Source of the DNA: Patescibacteria group bacterium
GTDB lineage: Bacteria > Patescibacteriota > Microgenomatia > UBA8517
DNA: 64,000 bases
Direction: 5' to 3'
Assembly (NCBI GenBank): GCA_041742135.1
Contig: JBGSJG010000001.1
Location: 131,151-195,150 of the forward strand
Positions 37,716 through 46,141 of the stretch are shown piece by piece (position 1 is the first letter of the stretch; every line of letters starts with the position of its first letter). The notes under the pieces were generated by a model. The model did no database searches, was not told where the DNA came from, and saw only the letters and a list, made by a program, of their open reading frames with translations. The position numbers and the translations under genes are program-made.

Positions 37716-39095
37716 TTGAATATGCAAAAACCAGATAAAGAAAAGGTTTGGGCGGAGGTGTTGGCAAGCGCAAGAGTCGCAGTTTCTGACGCCACTTACA
37801 ATACTTGGCTGGTTAACACACATCTGGATTCACTAAGAAAAGTGGACACCAATCGCTATATTGCTGAAATAGGTTGCAACAGTTCATATGTAAAAGCGAC
37901 GGTAGAAAAACGTTACTTCGGTCTTCTGCAAGATGCGCTTATTAAGGTTCTTGGAAGCCCGTGCGACCTGGTATTTGAAGTGAAAGGGGGAGTAGAACAA
38001 ATTGCCAACTTTACACCAGCAGTTACCCCACTTTTTCAAAAAGAGGAGAGTGAGGAAAATCTTATGCGTAAAGTTGCCAGTTCAAGACTTAGGCCGGGAT
38101 TTAAGTTTGAGAACTTTGCCGTATCAGCCACAAATCACATGGCCCAAGCAGCCGCCGAGGCAGTAGCCCGCGAACCCGGCAGCTCATACAATCCACTTTT
38201 TATTTGGGGTGGGGTGGGGGTAGGAAAAACTCATCTGATGCACGCAGTAGGGCACAGACTCCTTGCCACAAGTGATAAACAAGTTCTAGCTGTGACAGGG
38301 GAGGATTTCACAAACGACATTGTGGAGGGAATAAGAAACAAAACAACCCAAGCATTTAGAAATAAATATCGAAAGCTGGATGCCTTACTGATTGATGACA
38401 TTCAGTTCATTGCAGGCAAAGACGCGGTTCAGGATGAGTTTTTTCACACTTTTAACGCGGTTTTGGCAGCGGGGGGACAAATAATCATGACTGCAGACAA
38501 ACCTCCCCAAGAAATTGCGAGGTTAGAGGAGCGCCTTTTGAGCAGGTTTCAAGCTGGGCTAATTGTGGACATTAGCCCACCAGACTTCGAGCTTCGGTGC
38601 GCAATTGTCCAAATTAAGTCAGACGAGAAAGCCTTGGGGATCACGCCAGAGCTGGTACAAGTAATCGCTGGATCGGTGGTTTCAGCCCGCGCCTTAGAAG
38701 GCTTTTTAACCAGACTTCAATCCGAATCAAAACTTAAAAGTCGACCAATAGACATGGAGCTTGTGAGCTCAATTTTAGGCAAAGGAGTGGAGGAGAAAAA
38801 AATGGTAGTTTCAGATCCCGATAAAATAATCGATGCGATTTGCACTCACTACACGATAGGGAAGCGTGCACTACTAGGCAAAAGCCGCAGCCGGCTGTCT
38901 GCTCACCCTAGACAAATCCTTATGTATATTCTTCGAACAGAACTTAACCTGCCACTCGAAGAAGTGGGGAGGCTTGTTGGGGGGCGAGATCACTCAACCG
39001 TTATTCACGGTGTGGATAAAATCACCAAAATGGCCGCGGTCAATGTGGGTATCCGTGAGGAAATCTTCCGGATAAAAGGTTTTTTTGGTGGATAA
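37716..39095 (+). CDS. dnaA: Chromosomal replication initiator DnaA
   Basis: FENF, YNPLFIWGGVGVGKTHLM, LIDDIQF, EFFHTFN, GGRDHSTVIH. Confidence 0.97.
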   Translation: MNMQKPDKEKVWAEVLASARVAVSDATYNTWLVNTHLDSLRKVDTNRYIAEIGCNSSYVKATVEKRYFGLLQDALIKVLGSPCDLVFEVKGGVEQIANFTPAVTPLFQKEESEENLMRKVASSRLRPGFKFENFAVSATNHMAQAAAEAVAREPGSSYNPLFIWGGVGVGKTHLMHAVGHRLLATSDKQVLAVTGEDFTNDIVEGIRNKTTQAFRNKYRKLDALLIDDIQFIAGKDAVQDEFFHTFNAVLAAGGQIIMTADKPPQEIARLEERLLSRFQAGLIVDISPPDFELRCAIVQIKSDEKALGITPELVQVIAGSVVSARALEGFLTRLQSESKLKSRPIDMELVSSILGKGVEEKKMVVSDPDKIIDAICTHYTIGKRALLGKSRSRLSAHPRQILMYILRTELNLPLEEVGRLVGGRDHSTVIHGVDKITKMAAVNVGIREEIFRIKGFFGG

Positions 39096-39251
39096 CTTGT
39101 GCAAAAGCGTAAACACTTGTCCACGTTTCCACACGAAATACTATATAAGAAACAAATTGTAAACAAAAATTGGCGAGCCTAGCTTGAAGCTGATATTCCC
39201 CAATCCACATTACTACTACTGCTACTACTATTTAAGTAATGTATAATCCTA
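39087..39251. other. Putative oriC (dnaA-dnaN intergenic)
   Basis: DnaA-box-like 9-mers GGTGGATAA 39087, TGTGCAAAA 39098, TTGTCCACG 39117, GTTTCCACA 39125 and CAATCCACA 39201, plus perfect TGTGGATAA at 39011. These are followed by TTA-CTA-CTA-CTG-CTA-CTA-CTA (39210-39230) and an AT-rich tract. Confidence 0.85.
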
Positions 39252-40349
39252 GTGAAGATGAAAACAACCGTTTTACAAAAAGATTTGAATAAAATATTGT
39301 CTATTTCTTCTCGTTTTGTTTCTCCTCATGCAGCACTCCCAGTCCTTTCAAATTTCAAGATTCACACTAAAGGCGCAAAACTAATAATTGAAGCTACAAA
39401 TCTTGAAATGTCGATCTCTGGCTCAATCGGAGCACAAACCACGGAGGAAGGTGAAGTGGCAATTCCAGCACGCGTTTTAACTGATGTTGTTTCCAATCTT
39501 TCAGGAGAAAAAATTGAGCTTTCGCTTGATGGAGAAAACCTAACTGTTGAATCTGAAGGTTTTAGTGCGCAGGTTTTGGGCTTAAATGCTTCGGAATTTC
39601 CGGAAGTGCCAAGCGCTGCTGATAAGGCTGTTGAAATCCCCAAAGAAGAGTTGTTGAATGCTGTTTCTAAAGTCATTTTTGCAAGCTCGGGGGACGATAC
39701 ACGTCCTGCTTTGGCAGGGGTTTTGTTTTATTTTGAAAGTGAAAACCTTTCTCTTGTAAGCTCTGACGGCTTTAGGCTGTCTAGGAAAATTGTTAAACAT
39801 AAATCGCCCGCAAGCTTTAAGTTGATTATCCCGAAAAATATTCTCCTTGAGCTTGTAAAAATCGGAAAAGATGCCAAGAAGCTTTCCTTGCATGTTAACC
39901 AAGATGATAAACAGATTATTTTTTTAGTAGACGATATCGTTTTATCTAGTAGGTTGGTGGAAGGGGAGTATCCGCCATACGAGAAGATTATTCCCGAGTC
40001 GGGAAGTACGGTGGTAAATGTTTCAAAGGTGGATCTGCAAAAAGCGGTTAGGCTTGCTTCAGTTTTTTCACGCGATGGGGCTAATATTGTTACTTTAGAG
40101 ATTAAAGAGGGGAGTGTGCGTGTTTTGGGCGAAAGCGCTAAGTCGGGAAGTCAGGTTAGTCTTGTTGCGGCAAAGCTCATCGGGCCCGAGCTTTCAATTT
40201 TATATAACTACCGATACCTTGAAGAGTTTCTAGGTGTCGTGAGCGGGGAGAGTGTCGAGATGCGTTTTAACAGTCCCACTGCCGCTGGGGTGTTTCTAGA
40301 TTCTTCAGATGGTTTCTATCTCCACCTGATCATGCCAGTGAAGAGTTAA
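39252..40349 (+). CDS. dnaN: DNA polymerase III beta sliding clamp
   Basis: ATNLE, RPALAGV, SSDGFRL, SRLVEGEYPPYEKIIP, HLIMPV. Confidence 0.96.
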   Translation: MKMKTTVLQKDLNKILSISSRFVSPHAALPVLSNFKIHTKGAKLIIEATNLEMSISGSIGAQTTEEGEVAIPARVLTDVVSNLSGEKIELSLDGENLTVESEGFSAQVLGLNASEFPEVPSAADKAVEIPKEELLNAVSKVIFASSGDDTRPALAGVLFYFESENLSLVSSDGFRLSRKIVKHKSPASFKLIIPKNILLELVKIGKDAKKLSLHVNQDDKQIIFLVDDIVLSSRLVEGEYPPYEKIIPESGSTVVNVSKVDLQKAVRLASVFSRDGANIVTLEIKEGSVRVLGESAKSGSQVSLVAAKLIGPELSILYNYRYLEEFLGVVSGESVEMRFNSPTAAGVFLDSSDGFYLHLIMPVKS

Positions 40350-41377
40350 TTTGTTAAGCTTTTAGCACTCATAATAAATTTACATAATGTCTTATTGTTG
40401 TTATCTAACACAATCTCTCCAGTTAACATAAATACTGGCTGGAGAAAACTTAAGTAGTTTTCGGTTTTTTCCATATACACAAGCTCGATCGCACTTAGCT
40501 CTATTGGTTTTTGGTTTAATATGTCAGAGTCTGTTATTTTTAAGGTCTGGTCTTGGCACTGGTAGAGAATTGCGGTCTTTGATGCTTGGCGCTCCAGCTC
40601 CTGAACTTTCATGGTTTTTATTGTTTCCTTTTCATTGTATGTTGAGTCGTGTTGAAGCCTTACGTGTGCAACCTCGTATTTGGAGTTTAAAACAACATCT
40701 ATAAGTCCTTCTGAAGATAAAGACAATATCGGATATCCTGCTGCATTTTTAGTAAAGGAAACCGAAACAGCGTTGTAGTCGGTGGAGTTTGGCACAAACT
40801 CATCAGAAATCAACAAAGGTTCGACACGTTGCGGTACCAGATCGCCAACTGGAAATGTTTTTATTCTTTCAAGGAAATCTTGAGCGGAGTTTAAGGCGGT
40901 AGTTTGGTCGGGCAGACCTGTAAATGGCTCATCTGTAAAGGAATATGTCTTATACTCAATCTTGCCGGAATAAGATTCGATCCTAAGCGACCTACTTGTT
41001 TCGGAAAACATAAAAACCTTTGCATTTTCTGAGCCAAAAACAAGAGGTTCACCTTCGAAACCGAAGTCTACTCCGATTTTGTCGACAGTGGATTTATCAA
41101 GTTGTATTGAATCAGACGAGAAGATTGGCAATTGGTCTGGGATTTCGAAATCTGCAAATTTTTCAAAGCCGTTGAAAACAAAGCCTTCCATGCTGGGGGA
41201 CTTTAAAATTGGAAGGCTGGTTATCGCTGGTTCATTGGTGGGAGGTATGTTGCCGATGTCTGTGTCTTTGTCTCTGTTTTGTTTAATGATTAAAAAGATC
41301 AACACTAAGGAACACAAAATTATAGTAGCTAAAAACAAGCCCCTTTTTGTAAATTGTATTTTTGAAATTTTTATCAT
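40346..41377 (-). CDS. Single-TM extracellular hypothetical protein (weak YycH/YycI-like pattern)
   Basis: N-terminal TM; FGF.GEP, AQDFL, FLQPVFMLTG. ATGA overlap with the upstream M23 gene. Confidence 0.6.
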   Translation of the reverse strand: MIKISKIQFTKRGLFLATIILCSLVLIFLIIKQNRDKDTDIGNIPPTNEPAITSLPILKSPSMEGFVFNGFEKFADFEIPDQLPIFSSDSIQLDKSTVDKIGVDFGFEGEPLVFGSENAKVFMFSETSRSLRIESYSGKIEYKTYSFTDEPFTGLPDQTTALNSAQDFLERIKTFPVGDLVPQRVEPLLISDEFVPNSTDYNAVSVSFTKNAAGYPILSLSSEGLIDVVLNSKYEVAHVRLQHDSTYNEKETIKTMKVQELERQASKTAILYQCQDQTLKITDSDILNQKPIELSAIELVYMEKTENYLSFLQPVFMLTGEIVLDNNNKTLCKFIMSAKSLTN

Positions 41378-42372
41378 GGTATTGTGGTCCCACAATTGGT
41401 GGTGCAGCCTCGCAGTATTGACGCAGGGATATAAGGAAATTGCATCGGAATTGGTGATCCCACAAACCGATCATCAAGACCAGCTGCAGCTGGTCTAAAT
41501 TCGTAATGATCATGAATACTGTTTGCATATCCGGTGTCACCCACTACTCCAAGTATGGTTCCTCGAGTTACTGGAATTTGGAAAACTTCGTCCGTAACAG
41601 GATTCCATATGTTTGATGAAATTGTCGTAAAATGTACATGTCTGGTTCTGTAAGGCACTCCATTTGAGCATTCTCCCAATATGTCCACAAATAAGCCATC
41701 ATATCTGTCTGTGCCGGCCCATCTTACAACTCCGTCGTGAGTTGCGATAATTGTGTGATTTGGTGTTATAAGTTGTCCTGAAGACAGTCCAACATCTATA
41801 GCTTCAAGGCCAAAATGCGTCCAGCCGCTGGGGGTGAAAGGTCCTTGTTGGATCCAATAGGCTTGACCCGAGCCAGTTGTGACAGGCCACCCAGAAGGTC
41901 CTCCCGATGGGCAATCCTGATAACCTTCTGTGCCACCATCTGTCACGATCGTTCCTCCTCCAGGCGCTACATAGGCCCCAGAGTTGATAATAAACAACAT
42001 GAAACCTATAAAAAGAACCAGTACCATAGCGGCTCCTATGAGAAAACCAAAAGAGATAGTTGCCGCTTGTGCGACTGCTGCCCCAAATGCTGCGGCTGCA
42101 TTAACAAAAGCAAAAGGGATTGCTCCAATCACGCGACCCACATCTTTTAATCCTTTTGTTGCTGCCGCCCCAAGAAGATTGCCCACAAACGCTCCGAGGA
42201 TGTTTCCAATCACAGGCACAGCCGAACCCAGAGTGCTTCCAAGTGCACTCCCAATAGCTTTGGCTGTCGCCGTCTGTGCAATTTTTTGGCCAATTGCTTT
42301 TCCGGCTGTTTTGCTTATAGCCGTTTGAGCGGTTCTTTCAACCCTTCCTGGCTGCTTGTTTTTGTCTTCCAT
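41374..42372 (-). CDS. Membrane-anchored M23-family peptidase (T4SS-associated)
   Basis: Gly/Ala-rich hydrophobic N-half; THFGLEAID, ATHDGVV, HVHF, GDTG...HDHYE. Confidence 0.75.
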   Translation of the reverse strand: MEDKNKQPGRVERTAQTAISKTAGKAIGQKIAQTATAKAIGSALGSTLGSAVPVIGNILGAFVGNLLGAAATKGLKDVGRVIGAIPFAFVNAAAAFGAAVAQAATISFGFLIGAAMVLVLFIGFMLFIINSGAYVAPGGGTIVTDGGTEGYQDCPSGGPSGWPVTTGSGQAYWIQQGPFTPSGWTHFGLEAIDVGLSSGQLITPNHTIIATHDGVVRWAGTDRYDGLFVDILGECSNGVPYRTRHVHFTTISSNIWNPVTDEVFQIPVTRGTILGVVGDTGYANSIHDHYEFRPAAAGLDDRFVGSPIPMQFPYIPASILRGCTTNCGTTIP

Positions 42373-42373
42373 T

Positions 42374-44287
42374 TTATCTAATTTTGGCTGCAGCTACCGC
42401 GACTTGCTCGCTTGAGATTGTTTGCTGTTTTTGAGCCATGTCTTGAGGCCTTGTTGTCACAAATTCATACTCCTCTGGAGAAGCAACAATTTTAATTGGT
42501 GCGTGATGAGGCCCGGCAAAAAGGATACCTTCACCAATGTCGGCGGCAAGTAAAAGTTGACGCTCCCCTTGGGACAAATAAAACACCTCACCAATCTTGT
42601 CGATAGCTGCGGGGGACTGGCGCAAGAGAAGCCTCATGGCGGCGTTAGTTACCACAGCCTTTCCAATGTCATGGTTTAGGAAGTCCTCGACGTCCTGAGT
42701 GATTGTGGTAAGCCCTAGATAGTATTTACGGGCCCTCTTAGCGATGGACCACATAAATTGCGCCGAGTCTTGATATCGCATCATATGCCAGGCCTCATCC
42801 ACAATAAGTAAACGACGCTTGATATCGCGCCGCACCTTTGTCCAGATAAAATCAAGAATGATAAACATGACAACCGGGCGAATGGCGTCTTCTACATCGC
42901 GTACTGAAAAAACTGTATAAGGATTTTTGATATCGATGTTGGTTTGCTGGTCAAACACGCCGACGTAGCTTCCTTTAACAAACTTCTCGATACGTGCCGC
43001 CAAGTCCAAAGCGTCAGTGGTTTCCATGCCGATAAGGGATTTGTATAAGTCTTCAATCAGTGGTGGCTCTAGCTTTTGTGTTTCCGGATCGGAAGTAATA
43101 CCTTTGGCGCGGTAAGCATTCATAAGCGCGCGGTCGAGTAGGGCCTCTTGGGTTGGGGTAATCTCGCCCATAATGACTTTAAAAAGTGAATGAAGCGTTA
43201 GAATTTTAAGACCCAGCTGATCTTCACCTTCGACATATACTTGGCTTAAGTCAAAAGGGTTAATTTTGGAAGGGGAGGACGCGCTAAAAACTATGTACTC
43301 ACCACCCGCAGCCTGAGCCAATGCTTTGTACTCGTTTTCAGGATCAATCACGATTACCTCGGTTCCAAGCATCAAAGAACGTACGCTTTCAAGTTTCACA
43401 AAGAAAGATTTTCCAGCACCTGAGGTAGCAAAAACTACCATGTTGCTGTTTTCAAGTTCAAAGCGATCAAAGATAATAAATGAATCGTTTTGTGAGTTTA
43501 TGCCGTACAAAACTCCACGGTCGCTTGAAAGCTCGGCAGTTGTGAAAGGAAATGTTGTCGCAAGGGAAGTGGTGTCCATATTGCGGCTGACAAGTAATGT
43601 ATCGCGGGCAAATGGAGCTGCTGACGAAAACGCCTTTTCCATGTCAAGAGCCGCAAGCTTTGCTGAAATTAAAACCGAACCCAAAGTGGACTCGATGCGT
43701 TTGGTCACGCTGTCAAGCTCGTCTGGGCTTGTTGCAGGAATTGTTATATAGAAGGAAAACTGGAAAAAGCGCTCGGCACCTTTGACAAGAAGATCTTGAA
43801 GGACTTTAGCGTCTTCAAGCTTAGCTTCTGTTCCGGGGTTTACAATTTTACCCCTTTGAATATCAGTCGACATTTCAGCTTCCATCTCAGTAATCTTGCG
43901 GCGTAGCTCGGACAAAATTTCCTGTCCCTCAACTGGATAGATGAAAAATGATATATCCAAGCTGTGGTCAAAATTTATAATTGGGTTTAGCCAACCCGGA
44001 GATACAAACCTGGGGTAGCCTGAAACATAAAGCGTTCTAAAATAGATGTCGTTAATCTTGACGTGATCAAAGCTTACTTCCATCTGGCTTGGGGCGATCA
44101 GATCAGTCGGGCTCATGGCGCGCTCTTCGGCGGAGTCAAAAGGTAGCTTGACCAATGGCTTTTCGGGTTTGGGAATTTTGTAGCCAAAGTAATCAGAAAA
44201 ATTAGGGTCCTGCTCTACTGGGGCAGGAGGTGTAACCGCTGAAGCGGCAACTGGTTGATTTTTGGTTTTTAGTATAAATAACTTCAT
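42374..44287 (-). CDS. virB4: VirB4/TraC-like type IV secretion ATPase
   Basis: FATSGAGKS (Walker A), VIDPENEY, INPFD, LIVDEAW (Walker B), KRARKY, TQDVEDF. Confidence 0.9.
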   Translation of the reverse strand: MKLFILKTKNQPVAASAVTPPAPVEQDPNFSDYFGYKIPKPEKPLVKLPFDSAEERAMSPTDLIAPSQMEVSFDHVKINDIYFRTLYVSGYPRFVSPGWLNPIINFDHSLDISFFIYPVEGQEILSELRRKITEMEAEMSTDIQRGKIVNPGTEAKLEDAKVLQDLLVKGAERFFQFSFYITIPATSPDELDSVTKRIESTLGSVLISAKLAALDMEKAFSSAAPFARDTLLVSRNMDTTSLATTFPFTTAELSSDRGVLYGINSQNDSFIIFDRFELENSNMVVFATSGAGKSFFVKLESVRSLMLGTEVIVIDPENEYKALAQAAGGEYIVFSASSPSKINPFDLSQVYVEGEDQLGLKILTLHSLFKVIMGEITPTQEALLDRALMNAYRAKGITSDPETQKLEPPLIEDLYKSLIGMETTDALDLAARIEKFVKGSYVGVFDQQTNIDIKNPYTVFSVRDVEDAIRPVVMFIILDFIWTKVRRDIKRRLLIVDEAWHMMRYQDSAQFMWSIAKRARKYYLGLTTITQDVEDFLNHDIGKAVVTNAAMRLLLRQSPAAIDKIGEVFYLSQGERQLLLAADIGEGILFAGPHHAPIKIVASPEEYEFVTTRPQDMAQKQQTISSEQVAVAAAKIR

Positions 44288-45018
44288 TTTTTAGTATCTT
44301 TCTCAACCTCTAGTATTACAGGTTCTTTCTTTTCTTTAACTGCCTCGGCTGGCGGGTTATATACGTTATAATACAACTCTGTCACTTGCTCGCTACTTAG
44401 GTGGCGAAGGCGTAGTCCCAAACGTGCAGCCTGGCGAATCAAATGATCGCGTTTAGGAAAAAGTGCAATCTTTGCTTTTTTGACCACAAATTCTTTTGTG
44501 TAAGGAAGTGCCGCGCTTCTTTTAGACAACATCTTAAAAGATTGAGAAAGCCCAAGCTCAAGCGGCGAGAAGGGAATAACCAAAAAGAATCGCTTGCCCA
44601 AGACGTTTCTTTTTTTGGTAGTTTCGATGACGAAATTGTAATAACTATCCATAAGGAATTTCAGCTTGGGGCTCTGAATTTGCTTTGCTGACTCCTTTAA
44701 GTATTCCAAATACTGGGTAATGTCCTTTCTTTGTGTACGGATGACAATTTGAATCGAAAAGGAAAGACTGTTAATAAGCGCGGCATATGCCGCCACGACC
44801 GCTTCTTGCTCGTTATCGCTTAAGAGACCAAAGTTAAGCGAAGTTGACTCAAGAACAACAGCCGCCCCGCCATCTTTGTATAAAACAACCCCGTCAACAA
44901 TATCTGCAATAGGAAGATGAGCTTGAGTGGTAGTCACAAGCGGCCTGTTTGGTGCATTAAAAATTGGAACTTTTGAAAAAACGTTTTTTACAGGTGATAT
45001 TTTTGGCATATTAAACAC
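44284..45018 (-). CDS. T4SS-associated protein resembling the VirB4/TraC N-terminal region
   Basis: TQAHLPIADI.DGVV, NFGLLSDNEQEAVVAAYAALINSLSFSIQI; lies between prgI-like and virB4 genes with overlapping stops and starts. Confidence 0.7.
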   Translation of the reverse strand: MFNMPKISPVKNVFSKVPIFNAPNRPLVTTTQAHLPIADIVDGVVLYKDGGAAVVLESTSLNFGLLSDNEQEAVVAAYAALINSLSFSIQIVIRTQRKDITQYLEYLKESAKQIQSPKLKFLMDSYYNFVIETTKKRNVLGKRFFLVIPFSPLELGLSQSFKMLSKRSAALPYTKEFVVKKAKIALFPKRDHLIRQAARLGLRLRHLSSEQVTELYYNVYNPPAEAVKEKKEPVILEVEKDTKK

Positions 45019-46027
45019 TCCAAACCGCGCGGTAAGGCGCGGCAGAATCGGGTAAAGCGTCTTTGGATTTTATCGCAATTGGCATTATTAGCTCCCCAGT
45101 GGTCCTAAAACTTAAAGGCTCAAAGTTTAAACCTTCCTTTTCAATTGCGATTTTGTATTCACCGTTAGGAAGTGGAGTGACGATCATAAAATGCCCAGCT
45201 TTGTTGGTTTTGAGAGCTCGAACAGGGCGACCGTCTGTGTCTGTAATTTCAAGTATTGCTCCTTCAACAATTTTCCCAACTGAATCCATCACTTGCCCAA
45301 CAACCGTGTTTGGCATAGTAGGAGGAGAAGGTGGTGCTGCCTCTGGTGAAAAGTCTGCGTTTTGAGTTTGTGGAGTCGTGCTTTGGGTAAGTGGCGCGGT
45401 AACCACTGAGGTTGTGACTGGTGTTTGTGTAGGAGGCTGGTTAAAGCCGGCAACCGGCACTTGAACAGAGGGAGCAGTTGGAACAACAAGAGGTTGTTTT
45501 TGCTCACTAGGGGCAATCGGTGCCACTGGGGTTACTGGTGGCGGCGGGGTTTCGGCTACAGCAGGAGAGCCCGCGGTATGCTTACCTCCAAGCATATGGG
45601 AAAGCTTGGAAAGAAAATCTTTCTCCTGTGCTTCTAGGTTGCGGGTGGCGTTATCTGCAGGCAAACTTTGAGGCACTTCTTCAACAGGAGTGTCTGCGCT
45701 AGCTTGTGTGTCAGCCGCAAAATACTGATCCGGGCTTCCTGTTTTTTTCCAAACAAACAAAGTTGGTGCATAGATTGACCTAAAAAATGCAACCAACCAC
45801 TGCTCAAGAGGCCGGTCTTGGATGGGCAAAAAGGCAAATGCTGCTCCAGCGACTACAGAAATCACAATCATCGGCCACTTAAAAAAGCCGGGCAAAGGGA
45901 GCGAATAAATTATAAGGCCCAAAACCGCGCCAACAGCAAGTTGGAAAAACTGCTTCAAAGTCATGTCTCCCACAAGCCGGAATTGGTAAGAGCTTATTTG
46001 TTGAGGTACAGGGTGTTGTTCAAACAT
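45011..46027 (-). CDS. PrgI/VirB3-like protein with Pro-rich linker and C-terminal beta-sandwich (carboxypeptidase-regulatory-like)
   Basis: HPVPQQISSYQFRLVGDMTLKQF, two TMs, DRPLEQW; C-terminal GQVMD..GKIVEGA..KTNKAGHF. Confidence 0.8.
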   Translation of the reverse strand: MFEQHPVPQQISSYQFRLVGDMTLKQFFQLAVGAVLGLIIYSLPLPGFFKWPMIVISVVAGAAFAFLPIQDRPLEQWLVAFFRSIYAPTLFVWKKTGSPDQYFAADTQASADTPVEEVPQSLPADNATRNLEAQEKDFLSKLSHMLGGKHTAGSPAVAETPPPPVTPVAPIAPSEQKQPLVVPTAPSVQVPVAGFNQPPTQTPVTTSVVTAPLTQSTTPQTQNADFSPEAAPPSPPTMPNTVVGQVMDSVGKIVEGAILEITDTDGRPVRALKTNKAGHFMIVTPLPNGEYKIAIEKEGLNFEPLSFRTTGELIMPIAIKSKDALPDSAAPYRAVWSV

Positions 46028-46141
46028 TTTTTAAGATTTTAAAAATCTAGTATTCTACTATATTCATCTTACCTTGTGAAAGGTTCCTTTCAAGTAGAGG
46101 GATATTTTCACAAAAAATGAGGTTTGTGGTAAAATTTGGCC

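Noticed and set aside
37562-37795. 77-aa minus-strand ORF in the track
   Set aside because: Shadow ORF spanning the dnaA start and promoter. The real gene here is rpmH (37458-37598) in another frame.
39210-39230. CTA microsatellite as a phase-variation tract
   Set aside because: Imperfect, intergenic and adjacent to DnaA boxes; better explained as DnaA-trios.
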